DNA of 64,000 nucleotides from Candidatus Multivorans sp. (GTDB taxonomy: Bacteria; Acidobacteriota; Thermoanaerobaculia; Multivoradales; Multivoraceae), in assembly GCA_965224025.1 (NCBI GenBank), contig OZ245033.1:4288001-4352000 (forward strand), written 5' to 3'. Positions 37,870 to 50,743 of this stretch are shown here, one piece after another (position 1 is the first letter of the stretch; every line of letters begins with the position of its first letter). Under the pieces are notes generated by a model. That model was not told the origin of the DNA. It saw only the letters and a program-made list of their open reading frames with translations, and did no database searches. A program made the position numbers and the translations under genes.

Positions 37870-38609
37870 GGCTCACCGTTCGCGCAGCCCGCTCTGGCCG
37901 CAAGCTCCGGCAGACTCCCCTTGAGGATCCTCCGGAGTTTCGTGCTCTCGCCGCAAAGCAGTCCCAGCATGCCTGTCACGGACTCTTCGAGTTCCCCAGG
38001 CAGTTGCGACTCCAGGTCCCAGAACAGCGCGACCGGGCCGTCTTCGGCATAGTAGGTCATGTCCAGGTAGGGGAGGTAGGCGGAGGCGCGCCGTCTCCGC
38101 TCGACTCGCGCTGCGCGGCAAGCATCCGGGTAGCCCCAGGGTCGATAACCGTAGCCGGCGGCGCACAGTGGTCGGGCCCTCTCGCCCGCCGAACTCGTCC
38201 AGAGACCCTCCAGAGCGCCGAGTCGTTCCTCGCCAACTCGCCGGCAAACCGTCAGTTCGCCATGCCCTTCCGTGTACTCCCACCAGCCGGCAGAGTCGAT
38301 CGTCAGCTCACGGTGCTCCGTGTAGGTCTGTGGATCGCTCCAAGGCCAGAGCGTGTACGAATACTGCAGGTTCAAGTCCAGACGGAGCAGTCCGGTCGCA
38401 TCTACGCCGAGACCCGGCGCCAGACACTGCGGATCCACATAGGAGCAGCCGCTCGCCAGCAGAGAAACCGCGAGCGTCGCCAGGGTCGGCCAATGGCAGC
38501 CGGGGTCCTCTTCTCCGCCGCTGAACCTCACGGGCCGAGCCTCTCGACGACCCGGCGGCAAGCGCCGGACGCCGCGTCCCGTAGACTCCCGGTATGTCCC
38601 GTCGAGCAA
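37866..38609 (-). CDS. Cys-rich putative lipoprotein, family member L3 (true start probably near 38531)
   Basis: Lipobox ASG-C; YVDPQCLAPG, VCRRVGEE, LEGLW, WDLESQLP, GLLCGES and PELAARAGC. Its stop overlaps the start of L2. Confidence 0.75.
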   Translation of the reverse strand: MLDGTYRESTGRGVRRLPPGRREARPVRFSGGEEDPGCHWPTLATLAVSLLASGCSYVDPQCLAPGLGVDATGLLRLDLNLQYSYTLWPWSDPQTYTEHRELTIDSAGWWEYTEGHGELTVCRRVGEERLGALEGLWTSSAGERARPLCAAGYGYRPWGYPDACRAARVERRRRASAYLPYLDMTYYAEDGPVALFWDLESQLPGELEESVTGMLGLLCGESTKLRRILKGSLPELAARAGCANGEP

Positions 38610-38620
38610 GGGCGTTGCCG

Positions 38621-41488
38621 TTGGACACGTTCCCCCGAACGCTCCCGGGACTCGCCCTGGCCGGGCTCGCCGGACTCGCCGCCGGCGCGCTGCTGGCCCA
38701 ACCCACCGACTCGCCCAACACGATCACCGGCACCGTTGTCGACGAACGCGCTCCCGTCGGCGACATCGAGGTTGTTCTGCGACCCCATCCGAGCGCGTTC
38801 GAAGCGGATCTGTACGTTCTCGGCCATTCGGACGCACTGCCCGAGGCCGTCGACCGGGTCCGCTCCGACGCGGACGGGGCGTTCTCCCTCTCGGCGCCTG
38901 CGGCCGGTCCCTACCGGCTGGAGTTCGGGCGCTCAGCGCCCCCGAACGAGCCAGGCGACGCCATGCCGCTGACATACGGCGAACTGCTCCCGCTCAAGGG
39001 CGCCAAGGTGACGAACACGATCGACGTGCCCGATCGCCATCTCGTCGCCGTCCGGGTGCTCGATAGGGACGATCAGCCGATCGAGGGAGCACTGGTCGTG
39101 GCAAGCCCCACCGTCTGGGTATCGCCTCGCACCCTTGGCGTTCTGACCCGGATCGCCCGCGAAGAGAGTTCGGGAAACTACTCACGCCCGTCGGTTCAGT
39201 TGATCCTGCCCACCCACCATCCGTCCTCGTCGCGCACCGACGCCGAAGGAATCGCCCGTATCGCCATGCCGACCGCCGACGCCACCGTCGTCGTCTCGGC
39301 GAGCGGATTCGTCCTCGGCAAGGGCAAGACGCGATCCGGCCGTGCCGCGCTGCGACTGGAGCGAGACCCCGGTGTTCGAATCCGCGTCCGCGGTCCAACC
39401 GGCGCACCCGCTCCCGGTGTGCTCATCCGGACCGCCAGCGCCCGCGACCGGATGATGAACGACGGCACACCCACCGCCCTCAGGACGCTCGGCACTCCGG
39501 GCGCCCTCGGCGGCTCCGACACGCCTTTGGCCATCACCGACGAGAACGGAGAAGCAGTGATTGGCCGCACGCCCGGCGCGGAGACCGCCCTGGAAGTCGA
39601 AGCAGCGGACGGTGCTTTCGCCCAGGTGTCGCTGCCGGAGGCGAATCCGGCCGACCCGCGGGAACGCCAGCACATCCTCGACGTGCAACTCGAAGATGCC
39701 CTCCGGATTCCAGGCCGGATCGTCGACGCGGCGTCCGGTCTGCCAATCCACAGCGCGGCAATCTGGGTCCGGTCGTTCCCCGGCCACCACGCTTTCAGCG
39801 ACTCCACCGGCGCCTTCGACATGAGCACCCGGCCCGCTCCTGATCGCACTACGACCCGGGGCTTCCATCGATGGCCGCGTCCTCGACAACGGCGGCAATG
39901 GCGTTGCCGGCGTTCCAGTCTTCCTTTGGGTGGAACCCGACTTCAGCAGCAACGTCGACCCGCGCCTGTGGGACGCCGTTGACATGTTCCCCGAGCAAGT
40001 CACGGACAAGGACGGCCGGTTCCGCTACGACGGCCTCGCGGCCGGCACCTGGTCGGCCGAGGCCACAAAGGGAGCGGAGGGGGCGAAGCTCGACGAGATC
40101 GAGTTGACTCCTGGCGGAGAACAGCGGATCGAACTCGTGCTGCGGACCAGAGATCGGCTGACCGTCATCGTCGCGACCGAGGTCGGCGAGCCGGTGGCCG
40201 ACGCACGGATTCGCCTGGAAACACAGGGCGAGCGTTTCTCAACCGGCTACGGGCGAACGGACGGCAGCGGACGGGACGTGATCGACGTCACGCCCGGTAC
40301 CGTGACGGTCAATGTCAACCACGAGACACTCCGCGACGAGTCGCGGCAAGTGCGGCTCGATCCGGGCGACAACGAGGTTCGATTCCAGCTTCGGCCCGGC
40401 GCGGAGGTCAGCGGCACGGTCCGCTCGTACCAGGGCGCCCCTCTGGCCCTGGCGACCGTGGAGGCCGAAGCGGACTACTCCTCCGGTGGGGAGTTCCACC
40501 GCACGAACACCGTCTCCGACCAGAGCGGCGCCTTTCGCGTCACCGGACTCGAACCCCGCCGCTACATCCTCACGGCACGCGCACCCGGCTATGCGGACGG
40601 CGGTCCGGAAGAGCCGATCGAGATCGGCGACGAGGCCGTCGGAGGCATCGAGATCGTGCCGGAGCCGGAAGCCTTGATCGTCGGCGTCGTGACCGGGCTG
40701 TCGCCGTCCGTTCTGAACCAGGTGCGGGTCTCCGCGTGGAAGGGCCCCCGCTTCCGCGACGCCACGCGGGACACCGAGGGCAACTTCTCGATACAGGGAA
40801 TCGGCCCGGGGACATGGCACGTCGAAGCGACCAAGGGCGACTGGGAGCGGACGGTCGAACGGACCGTGACGGTCGAGCGCGGTGTGACCGAGGTCTTCGT
40901 CGAACTGCCTTTCGAGCGCGGCCTGCGCCTGTCCGGGCAAGTGGTTGAAGGCGGTGCACCGCTTGGCGGCGCAATCCTGTACGTGGGCGACGTGTCCGCC
41001 GAGGCCGACTACCAAGGCCGCTTCGCCCTCGAGGGACTCACCCCCGGCCCGAATCAGGTGGTCATCTATCGGCCGGACTTGAGCTCGCAGCACCAATCAA
41101 TCGATCTACAGACCGACCTGGAAGCGTCCGCATCGAACTGGAACCGGCTACGGCCACCGTCGCCGGCGTCGTCGTCGACGCCGAGACCGGCCAGCCGCTC
41201 GACTACGCCGACCTGATGGCCGCCGACGCCGCGACGATCGGCGCTATCGCGGCGGGAGGGAGCGGTAGCGGCCCACTCGTCGGGGTCAGTTCCGTTTTCA
41301 GTGAAGCCGCAGGCCGGTTCACGCTCGAGCTGCGCGCGAACGCCGACCGCTTGTGGGTCACCCACGACGGGTACGAGAGTGCTCAGATTCCTCTGAGCAT
41401 TGCGCCGGGTGAGCACGTGGAAGGGCTGGTGATCCGGCTGCAGACGGCACCGGTCGAACATGAGACGACCCGCCAGTCCATCCCCTAG
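38621..41488 (+). pseudogene. Beta-sandwich repeat protein paralog B; internal deletion and frameshifts
   Basis: IEVVLRPHPSAFE motif. Split among ORFs 38594..39982, 39930..41216 and 41216..41488. Colinear with paralog C except that roughly 0.9 kb is missing at ~39850. Confidence 0.8.
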
Positions 41489-41489
41489 A

Positions 41490-43456
41490 CCGAAGTTCTG
41501 AGCTTCAAGTCGTGAAATCGCCTGTAGTGGTGGGCGTTTTCAGTTGTTCGGCGGTGTCTTGTACTGAGTACGTCGGCTTCAGGGGCGGATGCCGAGTAGT
41601 TTGAAGGCTTCGTTCTGGAGTGGAGTGGGCCGTGCGAGGACGTCGGCTGTGGAGTCGGCGTCGCCGTGCATCCGCACCCGGTTTCGGGTCAGCGTGGCCA
41701 GGTCGGCGAGCAAGGTCTGGAAGCTGTGGACGGGGAGTCCGTCGGGGGTCCTCCGGGAGTTGGCCTTGGCCATCGCCTCGGGCGACCTGCGCGCGGGATC
41801 GACGGGCGACTCGCGTTGGTCGTCGCGGCGTTGGTCGTCGAAGAGGATGGGCGCCAGGGTCCGGCGCATGTGCCACTCGACGTAGTAGGCGAGCATGCAG
41901 AGGAAGACGTGGGCGCGCACCCTCGAGGCCAGGCGATGGTGGACGGGGCGCACCTTGAGGTCGACGCTCTTGAAGGAGCGGAAGGCGCGTTCGACGCGGC
42001 TGAGGCTCTTGTAGGCGCGGACCGCATCGGCTGCCGGCAGTTCGTTTTCGGGGACGTTGGTGCGGATGACGTAGAAGCCGTCGAGAGCGGCTTCCTCGGC
42101 GATGCGCGCCTCGTTGCGGCGGTATTGGAAGCCGTCCTCTTCGATCTCGACCTCGAAGTGCTTGCCGACCTTGTAGGCGCCCCGGGCGCGGTCCGCGCGC
42201 ACGGCGATGGCGTCCTTGCCGCGCAGGGGGTTCTTCTTGCGCCGCGTCGCCGCAACGACGGCGTCGAGCTTGCGCTCGGTGGATTCGAGAAGCTCCTGGC
42301 GCTTGCGGCCGCGTTCCTCCGCCAGAAGCGGGTTCCGGCACACCACGAGGCGCTCCTTCGGGTACAGCTCCGGAACCCTGATCTCGGCCATCTTCCGCTG
42401 GTCGAAGAGCGACAGTTGCAGGTGGCCTTCCTGGGCCAGCGTCCTGATCGCCGGCGCGCGCAGGGCGCTGATCCAGGACAGGCCCGCGGGGTCGAGGTCC
42501 TCGCGGATGCGCGCGTCGGTGATCAGGCCCCGGTCTGAGACCATCACGATCCTCTCCAGCGAGAAGCGGTCGCGGAGCTTCTGCACCTGGGCGTTCAGGG
42601 TCGTCGGATCGGCCGTGTTGCCCTCGAATACCTCGACCGCGACCGGGCATCCGTCCCGGCTGCAGAGCAGGCCGAAGACGATCTGGACCTTGCCTCTCTT
42701 CTTGTCCCTGGAGTAGCCGTGCCTGGCCAGCGTGCACTTCCTGCCCTCAAAGTAGACCGAGGTCACGTCGCAGAGCACCAGCGAGCCGTCTTCCAGATGC
42801 CGCCGGGCAAGAGTCCGCTCGATGCGCGGCTGTCTTTCGAGCAGCCAGTCCATGGCGCCGTAGAGTTCGTCGGCCGAGGCCTCCTGCACGCCGAGTTCCT
42901 CGCCGAGGGTGTGGCTCATGGTCTCGCTTGCGAGTCCGCGGGCGGTGGCGAGCTTGGATCGCGGCTCGAGGATGCGGGCCGCGATCATGGCCAGCGCCAG
43001 CGCCCGCTCGCGCGAGGGCCGTCGATCGAGGAGCCGTTCGAGGCCGAGGCTTCGGGCCGCGCCGAGGACGGCGGCGACGTGGCCGTGCGGTCTGGCGCGC
43101 AGGATCTCGAAGGCGGCCTCGAGCGAAGGCAGGGCGACTCCTCCCTTGAGCAGGGTTCTGAGTCCTTCGACGAGTTGATCGGGCCACTTGGAGAGGTTGG
43201 CGAGAGTGCGTTTCTTGACCTTTCCGTCCTGTCGGTGGGACTCTCTCAGCAGGACGGCTGGTGGTGAGTTTCGGTTGGGTACCCGTTCGATGTACATGGC
43301 TTCTCATTGTAGACGAAACCATTCATAATGTCTACATGTCACGAGATTATTACATGGCTACCAATGGCGGAAAACAGGGGCGGCCCAACACCCGAAAACC
43401 CAAGCACTGCAACGCCTCTCGACGACGAGGAGGCCCCAGGAGCCTCAGAACTTCGG
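41490..43456 (-). mobile_element. IS1634-family element, apparently complete
   Basis: Perfect 13-bp IRs CCGAAGTTCTGAG / CTCAGAACTTCGG with 6-bp target duplication CCTAGA (41484-41489, 43457-43462). Confidence 0.92.
41579..43297 (-). CDS. IS1634-family transposase
   Basis: MYIERVPNRNSPPAVLLRES, DVTSVYFEG, GYSRD, VEVFEGNTAD, DRGLI, YKSLSRVERAFR and RVRAHVFLCMLAY. Confidence 0.95.
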   Translation of the reverse strand: MYIERVPNRNSPPAVLLRESHRQDGKVKKRTLANLSKWPDQLVEGLRTLLKGGVALPSLEAAFEILRARPHGHVAAVLGAARSLGLERLLDRRPSRERALALAMIAARILEPRSKLATARGLASETMSHTLGEELGVQEASADELYGAMDWLLERQPRIERTLARRHLEDGSLVLCDVTSVYFEGRKCTLARHGYSRDKKRGKVQIVFGLLCSRDGCPVAVEVFEGNTADPTTLNAQVQKLRDRFSLERIVMVSDRGLITDARIREDLDPAGLSWISALRAPAIRTLAQEGHLQLSLFDQRKMAEIRVPELYPKERLVVCRNPLLAEERGRKRQELLESTERKLDAVVAATRRKKNPLRGKDAIAVRADRARGAYKVGKHFEVEIEEDGFQYRRNEARIAEEAALDGFYVIRTNVPENELPAADAVRAYKSLSRVERAFRSFKSVDLKVRPVHHRLASRVRAHVFLCMLAYYVEWHMRRTLAPILFDDQRRDDQRESPVDPARRSPEAMAKANSRRTPDGLPVHSFQTLLADLATLTRNRVRMHGDADSTADVLARPTPLQNEAFKLLGIRP

Positions 43457-43491
43457 CCTAGACTCCCGGAATGACCTGAACAGCTCGTTGG

Positions 43492-46400
43492 TTGCACTCG
43501 GACATGCCCCGGCTGCTGCTGTGTCTCGGCTTCGCCGGGCTTGCCGCCGGTGCCCTTCAGGCCCAACCCGCCGTTGACCAGTCCACCACCATCTCCGGTA
43601 CCGTGGTCCACGAGCGCGGCGCTCCCCTCGCCGATGTCGAGGTCGTGCTCCGCCCCTACCCGGGCGACTACGAAGTCGGCCTTCAGCTCCTGGGCGTGCC
43701 CGATGCGATGCCCGAGGTCGTCGATCGGACGCGTTCCGGCGCGGATTACTCGGTGTCCACGAGTCTGCCAGGACCCTACCGGCTGGAGCTCCAGCACTCA
43801 GCATCCGCCGACCAGCCCGTTCCGGCTCAGCCAGTGGTCATCGGCAACCTGGTTCCTCTCCAGGGGGCCGGACTCGCCGAGACGATCGAGGTGCCGAACC
43901 GGCATCTCGTCACGGTCCGGGTGCTGGGCGGCGACGGTGGGCCCGTAGAGGGTGCGCTCGTGATCGCTCACCCCGCTCTCTGGATGTCGCCGCGCTACCT
44001 GAGTTCAATGACGCAGATGCTCCGCGATGCGCGGGCAGGGAACTACTCGCGCCCACAGGAACAGCGAGTGTTCCCCACCTACCATCCCGCTGCTTCTCGA
44101 ACGGACTCCGAGGGCATCGCCCGCTTCCTGATGCCCACGGAGGAGGCCAACGTCCTCGTCTCGGCGCCGGGATTCAAGCAGAGCGAAGCCGGTACGGCCT
44201 CCGGCCGCGCCGCGTTCCGCCTGGAGCGCGGCCCCGGAATCCGGTTCCGGGTTCGCGGCTCAAACGGCGCACCGGCGGCGGGCGTGCTGATCCGCACCTC
44301 CGAGCCCCCTCCCCCCGCCGACGCTCCCACCGCGCTCACTAGCCTCAGCACCCCCGGCGCTCTCGGAATTCCCGGTACGCCCCTGGCGGTCACCGACCGG
44401 AACGGCGAGGCGGTCGTCAGCGGAGTTGCCGCTTCGCAAACGACCTGGGAGTTACTCGGGGCCGACCGCGCCTTCGCCGAAGTGTCGGTGCCCGCGCCGG
44501 AGCCAGGAGCCGTGTCCGCAAGCGAGCAGATCGTCGACGTACGGCTCGAGGCCCCACGCCGGATTCCGGGCCGAGTGGTGGACACTGCATCGGGCCTGCC
44601 GCTCGACGGAGCCGCGATCTAGGTTCAGGCCTCGCCCGGTGACAACGTGTACAGCGGACCGACCGGCGCCTTCGACCTCAACGCCCGTGCAGCCTCGACA
44701 GGAACACGCCTGCTGGTGACGGCCGCCGGCTATCTCTACGAAAGGACCGATGTCGCCGCCTCCGATGCCATGAGTACCGCCGAAGTGAAGATCGGGCTGA
44801 CACCCGCAGCCCCGATCGCGGGTGTGGTCACCGACGGCTCCGGTCAACCTGTCGCCGGCGCGAAGATCTGGGCCGAACCACGCGGCAGGGGGGCGCCCGC
44901 TTTTCTTCCTCCCAGGCGGGGCCTGCATATGCCGCGCCCGACGGCTCCTTCGTAGTCGAAGGAGCCGTCTACCGACAACTCTACCGGCTGACGGCTGAGT
45001 CCCCGGGGTACGCAAGAGCCCTGCTCGACGTGCCGCCCGTGGAGCCCGGTCGCATAGTGGAGCCCGTTCATCTCGCGCTGAGCCGGGGCCGCCGCGTCGT
45101 CGGGACGGTCGTCGACATCGAAGGGCGCCCCGTCACCGGTGCTCAGGTCGAACTGCTCTGGCTGCTGGATCCGTACGAATTCCGGTCACTGAGGGACAGC
45201 CCCGCCACGGCCGCTACGACGAACGACCAGGGCGCCTTCGTACTCCCCGCCACTGCCCCGGGCGAGTACGAAGTCGACGTCAGCCACTCCGCCTATGCCC
45301 AGCGACCAACAACGCGGGTCGCCGTCCCGGCCGGTGAATCCGACTTCGAGATCGGCGACCTGACCCTGGTCGCCGGTTCCACGATCCACGGCATCGTCAC
45401 CGGCCCCGATGGAAGACCGGTAGCCGGCGCTGCGATTCAATCCATAGGGGAGTACCGCACTGGCGGGGCTCCGATCAGGACGGCCACTGCCGATGTCGAC
45501 GGTCGTTTCCGAATCGAAGGCCTCTCCTCCGACCTCGTGGACCTCGGCGTACGGGCATCGGGCTACCCGGTGCTCACCCGTGCGGACGTACGCCCGAACA
45601 ACGACGAGCCGGTCCTGTTCGAACTCAAGCCCGGAGCTTCCGTCGCCGGCCGGGTGCTCGACAGCGGCGGTAACGGAGTCGCCGGCATCCCCGTATCCCT
45701 CAGTATCGAACGTGACTACCTGGGCAGCGAGGATTGGCGACTGTGGAACGGCGAGGACACGGATCCGCAGCGCATGACGGGCGCCGAGGGCCGGTTCCGT
45801 TTCGAGGGCCTCATGGCCGGCACGTGGTCGGCAGCGGCGAAGAAGGGGACGGAGGGTGCGAAGCTCGACCAGATCGCGCTGGCTCCGGGTGCTGAGCGAG
45901 AGATCGAACTTCTGCTGCAGACGAGGGACCGATTGACCGTGATCGTCACGATGGGTGCGGGAGAGCCGGTCGCCCAGGCGCGAATCAGGGTCCAGTCCCC
46001 CGGCGAGCTTCTGCCAGGAGGCTACGGCCGGACGGACGGCAGCGGGCGGGTGGAGATGGACATCGACCCGGGTCCGGCCACGGTCAAGATCACCCACCGG
46101 AAGCTCCGGGACGCGTCGCGGGAGGTCCAACTCGAGCCGGGCGACAACGAGCTCAGGTTCGAGCTGCAGCCCGGCCTGGAGATCAGCGGGACGGTGCGCT
46201 CATACGACGGCACCGCTCTGGCTCTGGCTACCGTGGAGGCCAGGACCGAGTACTCCCGCGGTGCCGAGGGGCACGAGACGAACACCGCCTCCGACCAGAA
46301 CGGCGCCTTCCGCGTCACCGGGCTCGAGTCACGCCGCTACATCCTCACGGTACGCGCATCCGGCCACGCGGACGGCGGCCCCGAGGAACCGATCGAGATC

Positions 46401-47251
46401 GGCGACGCCGCTATTCAAGGCATCGAGATCGTCCTGGAACCGGAGGCCACGATCGCCGGCGTTGTGACCGGGCTGTCGCGGTCCGATCTGAACCAGGTGG
46501 AGGTGTACGCCCGGAAGGGGCCCCGTTCCCGCGACGCCACGACGGACACCGAGGGGAACTTCTCCGTGCAGGGAATCGGCCCGGGGGCATGGGACGTCAC
46601 AGCAATCAAGGGGGCGTGGGAGCGTACGGTCGAACGGACCGTGTCCATCGAGCGAGGTACGACCGAGGTCTTCGTCGAGCTGCCTTTCGAGCGCGGCCTT
46701 CGCTTGTCCGGGCGGGTGGTTGAAGACGGTGCGCCTCTTGGCGGCGCGAGAATGTTCGTTGGCGATCAGGAGACGCGGACCGACCAGGAAGGCCGCTTCG
46801 CCCTCGAAGGACTCGACCCCGGCCCGAATGAAGTGATCGTCAGCCGAGCGGACTGGAGTGGCACGCAGTACCAGTCGATCGATCTGCAGACCGACCTGGA
46901 AGGCGTCCGCATCGAACTGGAGCCGGCCGCGGCCACCGTCGCCGGCGTCGTCGTCGACGCCGCCACCGGCCAGCCGCTCGACCGGGCCCATCTGACGGCC
47001 GCCGACGCCGCGACGATGGCCATCATCGCGGCTGGCGGGGACGGTGACGGCCCACTCGTCGGCGTCAGTCCGCTTTCGCTCTAGGCGCGGGCAGGTTCAA
47101 GCTCGAGCTACGCGAGAACGCCGACCGCGTGCGAGTGACTAGCAACGGGTACGAGAGTACAGTGCTTCCTCTAAGCATCGCGCCGGGCGAGCACGTCGAA
47201 GGGCTGGTGATCCCACTGCAACCGACCGCGGACGAGTCACCGGACCAATAG
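43492..47251 (+). pseudogene. Beta-sandwich repeat protein paralog C; nonsense codon and frameshifts
   Basis: VEVVLRPYPGDYE motif. TAG at 44620-44622 where paralog B has TGG (AAIW). Shifts near 44920 and 47075. The tail SIAPGEHVEGLVI matches B and ends at TAG 47249-47251. Confidence 0.82.
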
Positions 47252-47282
47252 CAACCCGCGCGAGCACCCCCCGCGCCGTTCC

Positions 47283-50200
47283 ATGTACCGCTTCAAGCAC
47301 GGACCTCGACTCACAACGTTGCGCTTCCAAGCGGCTCTCGGGCTCATCCTGTTCGCTGCGGCCGGCCTCCTCGCGCAGCCAGTAGCCGACCCGACGCTCA
47401 CCGTCACCGGCACCCTCGTCGACGAGCGCGGTGCTCCCGCCGCCGACGTCGAGGTCCTCCTGCGGCCCTATCCGAGCGCCTACGAGCTCGATCTCGATCT
47501 TCTGGGCGAAGCGGATGCCCTGCCGGAGCCGGAAGACCGGGGCTCTGACCAGACCGGACGGGACGTTCTCTCTGTCGGCGCCCGCGATTGGCCCGTATCG
47601 CCTGGAGATCCGGCCGAGCCCGCCGACGGACAAAGCCCCCGTCACCGTCCCGCTCGTCTATCGCGACATCCTGCCGCTCAGGGTGCCGCTGCACCTGGAA
47701 CCAATCGAGCTGCCGGACCGGCGTCCACTGACTGTGAGGGCGCTGGACCCGAGCGGCCAGCCGATCGCGGGCGCCTTCGTGGTCGTCGAGGCCATACCGG
47801 AACAACCGGCAGATCAGCCCTACCGAGAAGCGCATGAGCAACCGGAACGGCTCCACCCGGAGTTCGACCGCGTGTCCACGCGCACGGACGCCGGAGGTTT
47901 GGCGCAGTTTCTCATGCCTGCCCGCAACGCCCGGGTGGCCGTTTCGGCGGCAGGTCTTGGCCACAGCACCGGCTCGGTGAGCGGTGGTCGGGCCGTCTTC
48001 CGGCTCGATCCCGCGCCGTCGGTCGCGCTGCGCGTCCGCGGACCGGACGGACGACCCGCGGGCCGCGCGCTAGTCCGCACGCCGAGCGAACCGACGGTTC
48101 CCCTGGCCCTGACCGATGACCTCGGTGAAGCTACGGTCGGTGCGCCCGCCGACGGACGGCAGGCCTTTGAAGTGGAAACGGACGGCGGCGCATTCGCCCG
48201 GGCACTGGTGCGCAATCGTCCATCCCTCGACGACGCGTCCGAGCCAGCGATCGTCGAAGTCCGACTCCTGGCCCCTGCGGCGATTCCCGGCCGTATCGCG
48301 GACGCCGAAACGGGGTTCGCCGTCCCGAACGCCGTGGTGTGGGTCCGCTCCGATCCGGGGCGCCGCACCGTCGCAGATGGCTCCGGCGGCTTCGACCTGG
48401 CGGCGACTCCGCGGCGAGACCGCGCCGAGGTCGGCGTGGTCGCAAGCGGCTACGCCTCCGCGAGCGCGAGGGTCACAACAGAACAGCTTGCGGGGGCGAA
48501 GGAGGTTTCGATCGGGCTCACTGCGGCGGCGCCCCTCACCGGCGGGATCGTGGACGCATTCGAGCACCCGATAGCCGGGGCGAATGTCCGACTCGAACCC
48601 AGCGGCAGGGGATGGTTCTTCCAGCAGGAGACCGGCCGGTCGGGGCGAGCGACATCAGGGCCTGATGGTTCGTTCTGGATCGACAACGCGCTTTACGGAA
48701 GCACCTACCTACTTACCGTTGAAGCTCCGGCCTTCGCCTCCGCCCAGCCTGACCTGCCGGCCTTCACACGCGACGCCCCGGTCGACGCGCTTCGGATCGT
48801 CCTGACCCGGGGGCGGCAGCCCTGGGGAACGGTCGTCGACCTGGACGGCGCGCCGGTGGCCGGAGCGCAGGTCCGGCTGCTCTGGCCGCCCGACGATCCC
48901 GAGGTCCGGGAAGCCTACGAAGACAGCGACGCCGCCGAACCGGTGACCTCGAACGAGCGGGGAGAGTTCGAGTTCCCAAGTGTCGCCCCCGGCCAGTACG
49001 GACTCGATGTCGTGCATCCCGAGTACATCGACCTGCTGAACAACGCCGCCAACGTGACAAACGGGGAGGGTTACGTCGACCTTGGCGTCTTCACCCTCAC
49101 ACCCGGGCCGAAATCGAAGGAGTCGTGATCGGTCCGAACTGTCGTCCCGTCGAGGGAGCCGATGTCCGTACCAGGCAACGAACACAAGACCTGTCCGGTC
49201 AGGTCCGAACCGCGACCACCGACCAGGACGGACGGTTTCGGTTGGGCGGACTGCTGTCGGCACTGGCCGAGGTCACCGCGTCCGCCGACGGCTACGTCTC
49301 TTCGGTCGTCGAATCGGTCCGACCGGCGACCGGCGAGTCGCTCGTGATCGAGTTGGCGGAAGGAGCAGCGCTGGCCGGCCGGGTTCTGGAACCCGATGGG
49401 ACGCCCGCCGCCGATGTTCAGGTAGGGCTGAGACTGCCCACGGGCGAGCTCTCCCGAATTGCCAGGGGGCGCGGCCCACAAGAACTCTTCCGCCGCGGCC
49501 GGACCGACGACGACGGCCGCTTCCGTTTCAACAACGTGGTTCCCGCCCGCTGGACTGCAGAAGCCCGCGACGAGACCACCCGGGCAATCCTTGAGGGAAT
49601 AACGCTCTCGCAAGGGGAGCTGCGCCAAATCGATCTCCGGTTGGAGACTCCCGACCAACTGACCGTCTTCGTCACGAATCGACTCGGCGAACCCATCGCG
49701 AACGCCGATGTCCGAGCCAGTCCAACGGATCGCTCTCGACAGACGGCATTCGGCGATACCGACGCCGGCGGTCGCGCCACGCTCTGGGTTTCGACGGGAC
49801 CCGCGGAAGTCGAAATCGGCCATCCCCACATGCTCAACGTCTCACGCGAGGTCGTACTCGAACCCGGGGCAAACGAACTTCATGTGCAACTTGGCCCCGG
49901 TGGGGAATCAGCGGCGTCGTCCGGTCCGTGGACGGCGCTCCGATACGTGGGGTCACCGTCGAGGCGAGCGAGGAGCCACCCGATGTCGGCGGGGACAGCG
50001 AACGGGCGCTTAGGCTGCGAAGACTCAACAGGGTACTCAGCCCGCCGATCCGGACCGTTTCCGACTTCGGCGGCAACTTCCGCGTAACCGGTCTGGACCG
50101 CGGCCGCTATCACCTGGTCGCCCGGCTTTCTGGTTACACCGAAGCGGAATCACCGGGCGCAATCGAGATAGACGACCGGTCCATCGCCGGTATCGAACTG

Positions 50201-50725
50201 GTGCTCGAGCCAGGAGCCTCCATTCGGGGCTCCGTGACCGGCCTCGACAGCGTCGATCTGGCGTCGGCGGAGGTCCAGGCCTGGAGAGGCGTCTTGTTTC
50301 GCAACACCACGCCCGGAATCGACGGCAACTTCGAACTCAGCGCCGTTGCGCCCGGAACCTGGCAGGTCTCGGCCACAGTTGGTGATCGGCGGTCCCGCCC
50401 GCAGGAGATAGACCTTGAGTCGAGCAGACCGGGTGCCTCCGTCGAACTCCGGTTCGAGCCCGGACTCCGCTTGTCGGGCCAGGTACTGTTCGCCGGCGAA
50501 GCCGCAACCGGCGGCTTCGTCATCGCTCGGCTTCAGGGTCAGGAACGCACCCGCCGGACCCGAACCGATCACCAGGGCCGCTTCGAGATGGAAGGACTGG
50601 CATCCGGCATCTACGAACTGAGATTCCGGCACGACCTGGGCCGAGCAGACCAGTCGCTCGACCTCCAGAGCGACCACTACAACCTGCTCGTCAACCTGCA
50701 GCCGCGCGCCGATCGGCAGAACTGA
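47283..50725 (+). pseudogene. Beta-sandwich repeat protein paralog D (closest to A); three frameshifts
   Basis: VEVLLRPYPSAYE motif. Shares EGYVD[IL]GVF and the C-terminus QSLDL[KQ]SDHYNLLV[DN]LQPR with A. Shifts near 47540, 49105 and 49900, each at a short G run. Confidence 0.82.
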
Positions 50726-50743
50726 CCCGGCGCGCCGCCTGGG

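Noticed and set aside
44620-44622. In-frame TAG in paralog C as possible pyrrolysine or stop-codon recoding
   Set aside because: It aligns to TGG (Trp) in paralog B. TAG is used as a normal stop elsewhere, and no pyl genes are in the window. A nonsense mutation is the simplest explanation.
39985-47250. Near-identical B/C segments as a diversity-generating retroelement TR/VR pair
   Set aside because: The repeats are kilobase-scale and both are coding. Differences are not restricted to adenines, and no reverse transcriptase is in the window.
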